Shown piece by piece: positions 1-11,223 of a stretch of 64,000 bases of DNA (position 1 is its first letter; each line of letters begins with the position of its first letter). This DNA comes from Azolla caroliniana. Its lineage: Eukaryota > Plantae > Polypodiophyta. The DNA lies in contig JBHGNT010000013.1 of NCBI GenBank assembly GCA_043228905.1, positions 2,604,001 through 2,668,000 on the forward strand, in the 5' to 3' direction. The translations under genes and the position numbers were made by a program. The notes under the pieces were generated by a model that saw only the letters and a program-made list of their open reading frames with translations, was not told the DNA's origin and did no database searches.

Positions 1-1
1 A

Positions 2-748
2 CATGTAGTTGAATTTTTAAGAGCTAATATGTCAACGACTGCAACTAGTGTTTATTCCTCACAGGTCAGAGATATCAAACGTGAATTTTGGGAAGTGAAG
101 ATAGTTGAAGTAAATAGGGAGAAGATATGGGAGTGCCAAGGAATTCCCGAATTGTGATCTCTCCATGTTGTTCGTGGTTATTCTAGGTTAGATGGTCATT
201 GTATTGCGGCTAGAGAATTAACTTGTTTTTGCTTCCATTGTGTGAAGGGAAATTGGAGGTATTGTTTAAACAAAGCATATATTCAAAATTGGGAGTATCA
301 TACATTGAACGATAAGGAAGTAGTTGATGGAGAAACAGAAAAGAATGTTGACTTCACATATCAAGGGCGTGGAGATACTTTGAGTGATGTCTTAAATTTT
401 GGGGATAATTTCGTTGTAAATGTAGAAGAAGGCAATTCAGAGGGTGTTGATTTCTATATATCGAAGTGCACGGTTAGTAAACAGTGTGCAACGCAGAATA
501 TGTTAGATGCTTGGGGAAATGTTGTATCTACCGGCACATTCTACACCGAATGTATTTTTTATGCAAGACTAGATGATTATGATTATGTGTATAGGCTATT
601 AGAAGACAAACCAATGGTGTACATGTACTCACATTTGGTCAGGTGCATCAATGTCCCAATGTCGCAATACAATAGTTGCTCAAGTTTATACATAGTTAAT
701 GCTAATGTGTATGAATGTATTTACAAAAGTATGCCATGGAATTTGTAG
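2..748 (+). pseudogene. C-terminal part of a putative CMC (EnSpm/Chapaev-like) transposase with one in-frame stop
   Basis: Frame from nt 2 reads HVVEFL...REFWEV...GIPEL*SLHVV...ARELTCFCFHCVKGNWRYCLN, continuous with ORF 242-748; the H...RxLxCFCxxC motif resembles the post-catalytic region of CMC-type transposases (recalled similarity). Confidence 0.45.
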
Positions 749-1134
749 CTACAAGTAGCAATTACTAGTTTTCTTGTAAAACAAACAAAGCACATGTATT
801 GCAAATAAACAGTTTAATGGACCTGTTTGGGAGTTTCTTTTTTTCATATACAGTCTACTTTTTGTGCTTCTTTCTCAACAAAATCGTGTGTCATTTTTAT
901 ATACAATCTTCTTTCTTATATACAGTTTAATAATATTGTTTAGGGTTCTTCTTTCTGAGATACAGATTTACTCAAGTGAACCATGTACAAGTTAAAATAG
1001 TTTGAATAATTTTAAGAAAAAGCACTATCATGAAATCAGCAATCCTGAACATACTCTTAAAATTACACAGTAGATAAGTTACTCAAAACAAGCAATTTAA
1101 TTCTTCATTGATTGAGTGGTAGCAAATTACATAT

Positions 1135-2173
1135 TTATAACATCCCATTACCAATGTCTTGAAATCGTCTATAAACAGCTAAGCTCTTGTTGGTCACTGG
1201 AACTTCTCTACATATATGATCTACATATCGAGCTCGGTATGGAGTCCACAACCATGTAGCTAGTTGGCAGCTCAATGTTTTCACCAAATAGTGTTTAGGC
1301 ATTTCATCGGGTAGAATGAGACAACATCTGCGAATGTTGAAGTAATGTCGAAAATGTTCTGTATCCAAAATCAACGTATTGTCAGTATTATAATCTGGCA
1401 GTGTCCCAAAAATTAGAAAGTCTTTTGAATCTTGCAACATCATTCTACTCACAATTCTCTCATATTCATTGACCCTTGAAATGTTGTCACCACTTCAGGA
1501 AGAATCTTTCTACACACTTCCACACATCTGTATGTGGTTTTTCGCTCCAAATAAACAAATAAAAATATTGCACAACCCACTCCAGAAATTGATTTGTGTC
1601 CCTCCTTGGTGTCATATATCGCACACTCATCAAGACTTTATCAAGCTCCAAGATCAAGGCTCTTCTTTCGACTTCTAATAGTTTAGATTTCCATTCCTGT
1701 AATTGAGCCTCTGTTACACCAATTACTGATAGCACACGATCAATTTCAATCAACTCAGGTTCTATCGGCACAATTGGTGTCCTTTTCCTCTTCAAACCCC
1801 TGGTCAACTGTGTTAGGCCTAGCTTCACATTCTGGTGCTCTTGTGTTGTCGACTTAGTCATTGGCTCAATGCATGTATATACTGATCTGGACGATATCAG
1901 ACCACTGGTATCACATGTTGCATCTACCTGCAAAGTCAGATCATCTGTGCAACATGCTTGATCAATTTGCGTGACCAAATCATTTGTGTCAGTTGCTACA
2001 TCTACTTTCAAGATGTGGCCCTCTAAACATGCGGCAACATCAACAGTTTCCACACTGCCATTGGCCTTAGGAGCAATAGATTCAAACCCTTTAGACTCTG
2101 AAACATCAGAAAACACCAACATATTCACACTCACAAAGTAACTAACATTCTCACAAAACAACATAATGAACAT
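1135..2173 (-). pseudogene. FCP1/SCP (NIF) HAD-phosphatase-like cargo gene, split or degenerate, with altered catalytic motif
   Basis: RRALILELDKVL (cf. KLLVLDLDETL), PRRDTNQFLEW...FYLFIWS (cf. RP..DEFL...F.VGIWS), then SKDF...YNTDNTLILD (cf. KDL...NTLLIDD) in ORF 1135-1452. Confidence 0.55.
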
Positions 2174-2364
2174 GAAATATTTTCCATCATAGAAACATGA
2201 ACATAATTATCTTGGAGAAACATCATAGAGGTTCATTACATAATGTGGATCAAGCAACAACCAATCTGAGGTTTTACTTGTCTAAAAAGATCATAGTAAA
2301 ACTTCATAAAACCCTAGGAAAATCACTAACAATCATATCCCACTAATAAGTATTTCGCTCCAAT

Positions 2365-5229
2365 TCAAGAGCCCCTTGACCGAGTAACTGGTCTTGTCCC
2401 CGATCGTGGCCCCTTCTTCAACCTTTTTCTAGCCAGTTGCCCATTTAGCCTTGCTTCTTTGACCCATTGCGCAAGTGTGTCCTCCTCTAACAACCTTTCC
2501 ATCACCTCAGCAGCGGCTTGCAGGTCAGTCGCGTCTTGCACTAGCTTTTCCAGTACAGTGGGATCTGTTTGGCCATTATCAGTAGTTGGGCTCAGTGGGG
2601 TGGAATCAAGGTTTTGGGATTCGAAGAAATGTTGCATCAAGTCTTCAAAAACACTATTGTTGTGAACCTCAGATTTACATGATGTTTCCAATATTTCATG
2701 GCTTTTCACATCGTTGCCTAATTCATTACCATCTTCCAAACGAATAGGGTGGAGCTGATCTGACGGAGATGTGATAGCAGGACTCTTACTTTCAACCACG
2801 TTGGCAACTATCTCCTCATCGGTTGCAGCGTCATCAGCACCAAACAGCTCATATGCCCTCCTTAATCCACAAGATTCTACAACAACATGGTTGCTAATTA
2901 GCTACATCTTAGCTAACTAGCTATTCTTCTAGACTATGACAGTAGCTAATTAGCTACCACTAAGCTAATTAGCTACTTCGCTTAGGTATGGTACTACCTA
3001 ATTAGTTTCTCAACTAAAGTATGGTACTAGCTAGTTAGCCACTATAACTAAAGTATGGTAATAGCTAATTAGCTACTACTTACATAATTAGCTACTCTAC
3101 TAAAGTATGGTAGTAGCTAATTAGCTAAGTGGTGGCTAATTAGCTAACTGTTAGCTAATTAGCTACTATACTAAACTATGGTAGTAGCTAATTATCTACC
3201 ACTTAGCTAATTAGCTATTGTACTAAACTATGGCAGTACCTAATTAGCTATTGTATTAAACTATGGTAATAGCTAATTAGCTACTCAGCTAACGTATGTT
3301 AGTAGCTAATTAGCTACCACTTAGCTAATTAGCTATTGTACTAAACTATGGTAGTAGCTAATTAACTACCACTTAGCTAATCAGCTACTGCACTAAACTA
3401 TAGTAGTAGCTAATTAGCTACCACTTAGCTAATTAGCTATTGTACTAAACTATGGTAGTAGCTAATTAGGTACTGTACTAAACTATAGTAGTAGCTAATT
3501 AGCTAATGTATTAAACTATGGTAGTAGCTTATTAGCTACCACTTAGCTAATTAGCTACTCATCTAACGTATGGTAGTAGCTTATTAGCTACCACTTAGCT
3601 AATTAGCTATTGTACTAAACTATGGTAGTAGCTAATTAGCTTCCACTTAGTTAATTAGCTACTCATCTGAAGTATGGTAGTAGCTAATTAGCTACTGTAG
3701 TAAACTATGATAGTAGCTAATTAGCTACCACTTAGCTAATTAGCTACTCAGCTAAAGTATGGTAGTAGCTAATTAGCTACCACTTAGCTAATTAACTACA
3801 TGTTAAGTAATTAGCTACTACACTACAACCATAATAGCTAAATAGTTTCCACACTTGATACAGCTTACCTAATTAGCAAAGATGGAACTAATTAACTACA
3901 CTATGGTCGCAAGCAACAATTTTACCTGTGTGTTTTCTCCACTCATCTGGGAGAGTTGTACTACAATCCCCCAAACAAAATGCAGCAATGCGACAGGCAT
4001 ATTGAAAACAAACGATATGGTATGTGTGTTGGCATGGTTGTAGATGAACCAACAAAGTAGCAGATTTGTCCTCTACACGTAGTAATCCACAAGCGATGCA
4101 ACGTGCTTGAACAGTCAATATATTGTTTCCTAGTTCTCCTTCATTTGGTAAGGGGGCAAGAATGTTCAGGTCCAATTCTTGTCTGCTCCTTACAATCCCC
4201 TCTACAAAATGTAGCTGCTTCTTAATGCAGCTAACTACCTGTTCTTGACGGGAGTATTGTTCCTTCAACGCAACCGAGAAATTCACCGATTAATTATACC
4301 TTAATGAGGAAGATACAACAACAAGAAACAAGAATCATTAACTTACTTGTAGCTTTTCCAAATTATAATCAGCGACAATATTTACACCTAGAAGGTCTAG
4401 GTTCATTGAAAGAACCTGGATCTCTGTCTGCAATTGAATTTTCCGTTGGGGATCCAATGACCCCTCAATTTCAAGTTCATGTTGAGCAACCTGTTCCAGA
4501 TAATGCCTTAGTAGCACATTTTCATGTACAAGTTATTTATAACATATTACATACTAGCAAAACAATAGGTACCTGAATCTTATTTCTGATTGTTGTAACT
4601 GCCAAAGTGACTTTGCTCTCCATCGCAGCAACCAATGTTGCTTTCTCTAAATCAGTCTTAAAAAACTCCAATGTCTCATAGGCTTCATGGACATTTTTTA
4701 GAATATAGCTAATCAATGTCTCACCTGTATCATCGACATTGGCTTTCATTGTGTGTCGGTGTGGCGTATACTTGCGGGTTTGTTGGGAGTCGGCAGTTGC
4801 ATCAACTGCCATGCTCCAAAATCTTGCCATTTTTTGTTGCAAGCTCCCCATCTTCCGACATCTTTCTACCGATGCCTCACCATAAATTGCCCAAGCTACC
4901 CTGTACATTTCAAGGTCACGAGATTCCTTCGTTGTTTTGCAATACTCGTATGCAAAAGCTCTGGCAAATGAAACGGACAACTCATTGTTGATCGGGATCT
5001 CTTGATGTACTTTTTGGTGCAGTCTCATGCCATCGTCGTACACCGGTCGTACATGCTCATGCTTGAGCTTGACCTTGCCTTTCACTCTAGGCACTTTATA
5101 TACTGACATCCAGTCTACATCACTAATCAATCTATCTGTTAGAACAGTAGGGTCAATACCCTCAAGCGACAGACCATATATGTTGTGAAAGTCCTCCTTT
5201 GTCTCGCAAAATTTTGCGAAGTTCAGCAC
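2365..5229 (-). CDS. Multi-exon cargo gene with RING-H2-like finger (exons ~4573-5229, ~4387-4525, 3926-~4286, 2365-2876); partly degenerate
   Basis: CxxC...CxHxxHxxC...CxxxC in ORF 3888-4286; phase-1 GT-AG intron 3925-2877 joins it in frame to ORF 2365-2799; upstream junctions are imperfect. Confidence 0.5.
2890..3875. repeat. ~1 kb irregular tandem array of palindromic TAGCTAATTAGCTA with ACTATGGTAG/CCACT spacers
   Basis: Dozens of visible copies of the self-complementary 14-mer. Confidence 0.95.
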
Positions 5230-6166
5230 TCTAGGATAGGGAGGAACGAGCCACCTTAAATAGAAAATCAGTAATCAGAATTGGTGCAAAATTAGAATTT
5301 TTAATGTGAATTTGGTACAAAATTTCAACACTTTGAGACAGTAATCTAAAATTTGTAATCTGTCCTTTTCAACATGTATAAAAAATGAACCACTTAAAAA
5401 ATCAAAAACCTTAATCAAATTTTGTCATGAGAATTGGTGAAAAATTACAACAGATTGCGACAGTAATCTGAAATTTGTAATTAGAAATTTGTAATTAGAC
5501 ATTTGTAACCAAAAACTTGTAATCTGAAATTTGTAATCAGAAACCCTAAACCACTTAAGGGAAACACAAACCCTAATCATCACTAAAGGCAGAAATCAAC
5601 CGTACTATGAAATTCTGTCAATCAGAAACACACCTGCTGCTACACCTCGATCTTCGAGACAGCCTTGTTTGGGACTCCAACAACTTCGCCCTATTCAATT
5701 TTTGGGAAAGATGAACAGGCACCAAAATTACAGACAGTTATCAGAAAGGAAAAAAAAGTCTTTTTTAATATGTAACTAATACATACTTGGACGAGGATCG
5801 ACTAGCTCCTGTGTTGTAGCTCTGAAGGTGCAATGTCGATCTCAGAGTTTTTGTGCTGTTACGGGGCCTTCGTCTGCATTCCTGCTCGGAGTACTCCATC
5901 TGTTTGGAGTTCGAACTCGAACTCAGGATTATCAAGAATTTGATGACATTCAAGTTGACCTTAGATGATGGTATTATTCCCCATGTTCCACTATGTCAGA
6001 AACCAAAGTTCAAATATTTGAGTATTCTCATCAATTAAATGACATGTATTTAACTAATAAAACATAAAATTTCGTAAACCATCCTTATGATTTTCCCAGA
6101 AAAAACTAGCTAAACAAATAGCTAATTAGTTGTGGCCATTTTAGTAGCTAATTAGCTATAATAGTG

Positions 6167-6396
6167 TTTCCACTTGCATGCTTCTACCCATTTCCTCTCA
6201 TATAGTGATAGTCCGGAGTCCGTGGGCTCCCGTGGTTTTTCCCGATTAGGGTTTTCCACGCAAACATCCTATGTACTCTCTATTGTCTATGTGTGTACGT
6301 GTGCTCTCTCCCCATTTCCCATTTCTGTGTTTGATTGTTATTGAAGTGATTGAAGACTCGGTTGTGGCCGAGCAATATTCCGCACTATTTCGTAGA
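6167..6396 (+). repeat. 3' part of a copia (Tnt1-like family) LTR
   Basis: CCGTGGTTTTTCCC...TAGGGTTTTCCACG and CTCGGTTGTGGCCGAG motifs shared with LTRs at 20304-20938 and 61238-61997. Confidence 0.75.
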
Positions 6397-7296
6397 TTTT
6401 AGTAGCAATAAATCTGGTCATTTTAGTTAGTCTATCAACCACAACCCAGATGGCATCATGGCCTTTTTGGGTGTGGGGAAGGCTAACAATAAAATCCATG
6501 GATATACTTTCCCACTTATTTTTGGGAATGTCCAAGGGATGTAAAATTCTTGCGGCTTTAAGTCACTCGGCTTTGTTAACCTGACATTGGTGACATTTAG
6601 TCACATAGCTATGTATGTCAAGAAGCATCTTAGGCCAATAGAATTGAGTGGAGATGAGAATGAGTGTACGATGTATTCTAGGGTGCCCTTCTGAGGGTGC
6701 ATCATGGCATTCAAAAAGAATTCTCTTTTTTACCTTAGGCAAATCTGGAAGACAAACCTTCCCATTACGGTAGAGCAGACCGTTAGCAATGTGGAAGGAT
6801 TCCTTCGAGGATGTGGTAGTGTCTGTTCTAGACTCAACTCTTGCCCAATATTTCGCAAAATAATTGTCATCAGGATACTTTCCTTGAAGGTGATCATAAA
6901 GATCTGATGTTATTTCAGTAAAACTAAGCATGTTAACTTCACGGATACGACTTAGTGCATCAGCGAAAGTGTTCATGCAACCTTTACGATATTGTATGAA
7001 AAAATCAAAGTCCTGGATGAGATCATCCCATCATGCCTTACGACCTTTCAGGTCTTGTTGGTCACATAATATTTCAAGGACTCGTGATCCGTAGTTACCA
7101 CAAAACGATTTCCATAAAGATAATGGCGCCATGTTTTGAGCGCATGTATAACTACAAATAATTCCTTTTCTTGAACCATATATCGACATTGAGCAGAATC
7201 AAGTTTCTTACTCTCGAATGTTATTTGTTTGCCATCTTGATATAAGACAACACCTATAGCATAATCGCTTGCATCAGTTTCAACTTCAAAAGGTTT
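6397..7296 (-). pseudogene. pol: Gypsy pol fragment: RNase H, integrase zinc finger and start of integrase core
   Basis: KPFEVETDASDYAIG, EKELF..ALKTWRHYL, ECHDAP..GHP...CHQCQ, WESISMDFIVSLP; frameshifts present. Confidence 0.9.
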
Positions 7297-7301
7297 TGAA
7301 G

Positions 7302-8987
7302 TGTTGATCCTTGGCCAGACTAGCCACAACACAAGGTGTCCTCTACCGGAACACTTCTCCAAAGGTGTGGTAAGGTTAGGATGCCTCCGTAATTAACACG
7401 TTGTCGTGAAGATTTCGGGCCATGGTGAGAAACTGGGGAATATCGGAGGAATCGGCGGGGTGGAGCATGTGCCCTCACCCTTGTACAAATCGTGTAAATG
7501 ATAGGGGTGCCATCATGGCGCCGGACAGTAGTTAATTCGGGACAGAGGATCCCATGTAATAAGGGATTTATCCCACATTGTTACGCATCCCTCTCCTTGT
7601 TCTATAAAAGGAAGGGAGCGCCCTTTGTAAAGGGGTTGCCCATTTTGAGTCATAGGGGTGTACCATTTTGGTCGAGGGTCGTTCTGTTAAAGAATTTTCT
7701 AGGGTTAGTAACTTCTTGGTAGTCTTCTTCGTCTTCTCCCTCTTGAGAACTGGGGAGACGCAACCATGGCGGCAAAGCTCTGTTAGGGTTAAGTTCTTCT
7801 TCTTCTTTTCCTGGGTGATGCCCGGCTCGAAGCCGGGGTTGTATCTTCCCCTTTATATATATATACCTTTGTCTTCTCTCCATCTTGGTGTGTGGGTGCG
7901 TTGTCTCTGTTTTCTGTTAGGAATTCGGTGTCTTCTGTGTGCGTGCGTAAGCGATGTGTTCGGTTGTGGTAGGCGGCGTGCAGACCGTCTGTGCTTTCCC
8001 CGAGTTCCTGCTCGTTGGCTCTCAGCACTCCGCTGTCTGGCACGTCTGCGAGTGTGTGTGTAGGTGTCGCCTTCTGTCGCTTATGTAGAGCCCGCGCGCT
8101 AGGTGGTTCGTTGGCAGGTCTCCCTCCTTGGCGCGCAAGACCCCACTCGGTTCAACGAGCTCGTGCGCTCCCTAAAGGCGGCTTGGCACAAGAGGTGGTC
8201 GTTTGGAGGAGGTGTACCCTGCACGAGGGTCCCGTTGCGCGGACGAGCCCGAGAGCTCCCCGACCGGCCCTAGGATGCAGGCTCCCTCTTCCTCGCCGTG
8301 TGGAACTGGCATCGCAGCGAGCGTTGTGTGTATAGGTGTGTGTGTGTGTGTCTCCGATTAGTGTAGGCTCCGAGAGCAAGTGCATGTGTGGTCTCCGGTG
8401 TAGAGGTGCCGGTTGTAACCGGGTGTGTATATGTGTGTGTGTGTGTGTGTGCGGGCGCGGTTAAACGGGCCGTGTCCCGTGCCTCTTTTGGGCCCCTTGT
8501 ACATACGGGCGAAAGGGGTGGCAAGGAAAAGGGCACGCTCTCTCGCTTCCCGTGCGGTTACCGGTCGCGTCCGGAGAGTATCTGGGATTGAACTGGTCGG
8601 CAACGTGGCTAGCCCCGGAGGATTTGGGTCCTCGGCAACTCCTCCCCTCCTGGTCCATGACCCTAGTGGTCCCGCCCGGATCCGACATGAAAGCGCGGAA
8701 TACCGCAACAACACGTAAGATCTTAATATTAACCACAAACGGCAAGTATACAAGACGCAATCATCAATTACTCGATATATAATCTTGTATTACTTCCGTA
8801 AACATTACATCGGGTCGGATCCTTTTATAGGAATCCAGTGTCATTACAAAATGGTGCCCTATCGGCAACCGGCTACGAATCGGTTCGGATCTGTCCCTCC
8901 GAATAATAATTCTATTTAATTCTAAATATATACATTTCTCCGACTCACCCTTTTCCCACTTGTCCTTTGGCCCTTAACCGGCCAACA
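7302..8987. mobile_element. Solo LTR (1686 bp, GC-rich core) inserted in gypsy RNase H
   Basis: TGTTG...CAACA termini; TSD TGAAG at 7297-7301 and 8988-8992; host reads LLLPDP|SKPFEVETDAS across it. Confidence 0.85.
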
Positions 8988-9173
8988 TGAAGGATCGGGT
9001 AAAAGAAGTGAAGGAGCCTTGAACACCAGGTCCTTGAGTTCCTTAAACGCCAGGTTTAGTGTAGCATTCCACACAATAGGTTTTGTAGACTAACACATTT
9101 GATCGTTTAGAAGATCACTAAACGGTGTCGTTGATTGGGAGTAATTACGAAGGGATTTTCGCAAAAACCCGAC

Positions 9174-9306
9174 TGTCAGGAACTCTATTAAGGCAGAGAA
9201 GGAATTAGTACTAAAGGAAGGATTAGTACTATTGTTGGGGAATAGTACTAAGACAGAGAAGGATTAGTACTATGAGAGGTGTCGAACTTTGAGAGAAGGA
9301 ATGAGT

Positions 9307-9354
<48 letters not shown>

Positions 9355-9644
9355 TGATGCGAAAGATATATGTATTATATGACGGAAGATATACAACAGT
9401 AGTTAGAAGGCTTAAGACTGGCGTTGAACCGATTTGGTTCGAACTAATGCCTTGCGCCTCCTTTTATAGTGTCTTCAGGAATACTCCTGAAGTTTCTAGA
9501 ATGTTCCAGAGAAATCTGGAATATACATCAATTTCCTAATAAAACCTAAATGAAAATAATATCCTTCAAATTACAACTCATAACCTAATGGTAAAGTCTC
9601 GACCCGTGTAACAAAAGGTTATGGGTTCGAGTCTAGTTATGACA
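9174..9644 (-). repeat. 3' LTR of chromovirus (471 bp)
   Basis: Direct repeat of 14481-14953; preceded on the minus strand by PPT TTTAAAGGGGGGATAG. Confidence 0.97.
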
Positions 9645-11223
9645 CTATCCCCCCTTTAAAACGACGAGTTTCACGAGTCGTTTTGGATTGAGGACCCGGT
9701 TTCTCGGGATATCGTCGATGGAAGTCTTCTAGAAGAGCACGAGCATTGGTCACATTCTCGATCGGTTCCCAAGTACGCTCGCTGGGACTATATCCTAGCC
9801 AATCGACTAGATAGTAGAGCTTGTTGCGAACAATCTTGGAATCGAGGATGGCAGCGACCTCATACTCAGGTCCATCTTCGAGCTCGATAGGAGGTGGAGG
9901 TTGTATAGTACGTCCTGGGATAGTGCTCTCGTGATAGGGTTCGAGGAGAGAACTATGAAACACCGGGTGTATCCGAAGTTGCGGAGGTAGCTCGAGACGA
10001 AAAGCGACATCATTAATCTTCCCGATAATACGGAAAGGACCTAATCGTCGATAATCCAACTTCTCACATGGGCGAGTAGTCTTGATGTGTCGTCGTAGCA
10101 GCCACACCCGATCTCCAATGTTAAAACTGGATGGAAGTCGATGACGATCTGCGTAGTCCTTGTGTGATTGTTGAGCTTGCTGGAGTTGAGTAGATAAATC
10201 CGCTTGTATCTTGCGTAACCGCTCCAAACGATCCTCCGCGTAAGGATTTGTGGACACTTCTGGGGTTTCAAGGACACACCACCGGGGATGATATCCCGTA
10301 TAAGCGTAGAATGGCGTGACTTTAGTCGATGCGTGGATAGCGTTATTATAGGCAAATTCGGCGAACGGAAGAATATCTGCCCAGTCATTCTGATGATAGT
10401 TGAGAAAGCACCGCAGATACTGCTCCAGTGTTTGATTTGTTCGTTCGGCTTGACCGTCGGTTTGTGGGTGGTAGCCGGAGGAGAGGTTACAAGTGACCTT
10501 CAGCATTTTAAAAAGGTGCTTCCAGAATTTTGACACAAACTGGGGTCCACGATCGCTGATGATATTATCAGGGAGTCCATGATGCCGACATACTTCCCGC
10601 ATGACAATTTCGGCGGTGTCTTCACTAGATATTTCTTTAGTACATGGTAAGAAATGAGCCATCTTCGTATATCGATCCACCACTGTGAGAATCGCACTGA
10701 ATCCCTTAGAGACTGGAAGATCTGTAATGAAGTCAAGAGCAATGGATTGCCATGGCTTGCTTGGAATTGGTAATGGTTCTAATAAACCATATGGATGATG
10801 TCTTGGCATTTTCGCTCTGCAGCATGTATCGCAAGTCCGAACAAAATCTTCGACAAATTGTCGCATACGGGGCCACCAGAATGATCGTTGTACTAAATCT
10901 AATGTTTTAGTACTACCAAAATGTCCTGCTGTATATGTGTCATGGCAGTTTTGTACTACTCGAAGGCGGCAAGAACCATTAGGAACATACAAAAGTTCTT
11001 TAAAGAAGAGTAATCCATCACAGTATTTGAATTGCCGATAATCCGTACCTGGTGATTGTGATTGTGAACATGACGCTCGAGAGGGGTCAATTTGTGCTAG
11101 TATAGCTTGGGCGAAAGCGTCAGTCTTCAAGTCCTCACGTATAGTATTGGTAATGTCGGAATCCACGGGCATGTCAAAGATCTGTGCTGCTTGCAGTCGT
11201 GCTGGACCCAAGATTACTTGCTT
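9637..11223 (-). CDS. pol: Integrase (HHCC, DDE, GPF) plus chromodomain; in frame with upstream pol beyond a single TAG
   Basis: HDTYTAGH...CDTC, WQSIALDFITDLP, ISDRG, HPQTDGQAERTN, LGPFRI, EYEVAAILD...YLVDWLGY...TWEP. Confidence 0.93.
   Translation of the reverse strand, partial: KQVILGPARLQAAQIFDMPVDSDITNTIREDLKTDAFAQAILAQIDPSRASCSQSQSPGTDYRQFKYCDGLLFFKELLYVPNGSCRLRVVQNCHDTYTAGHFGSTKTLDLVQRSFWWPRMRQFVEDFVRTCDTCCRAKMPRHHPYGLLEPLPIPSKPWQSIALDFITDLPVSKGFSAILTVVDRYTKMAHFLPCTKEISSEDTAEIVMREVCRHHGLPDNIISDRGPQFVSKFWKHLFKMLKVTCNLSSGYHPQTDGQAERTNQTLEQYLRCFLNYHQNDWADILPFAEFAYNNAIHASTKVTPFYAYTGYHPRWCVLETPEVSTNPYAEDRLERLRKIQADLSTQLQQAQQSHKDYADRHRLPSSFNIGDRVWLLRRHIKTTRPCEKLDYRRLGPFRIIGKINDVAFRLELPPQLRIHPVFHSSLLEPYHESTIPGRTIQPPPPIELEDGPEYEVAAILDSKIVRNKLYYLVDWLGYSPSERTWEPIENVTNARALLEDFHRRYPEKPGPQSKTTRETRRFKGGIVS

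Larger units (their letters stand above)
1..6166. mobile_element. Right part of a large CACTA/CMC-like DNA transposon with cargo ORFs (left end outside window)
   Basis: Ends in ...TAGCTATAATAGTG at 6166 (reverse complement CACTATTATAGCTAATTAGCTA) with subterminal TAGCTAATTAGCTA motifs; abuts a truncated copia LTR; transposase-like ORF at the window start. Confidence 0.55.

Noticed and set aside
7498-8782. Cluster of overlapping ORFs
   Set aside because: All lie inside a GC-rich solo LTR and have no recognisable domains
9575-9644. Functional tRNA gene
   Set aside because: A/B boxes are present, but the anticodon and T stems do not pair as a cloverleaf; treated as a tRNA-like promoter module only
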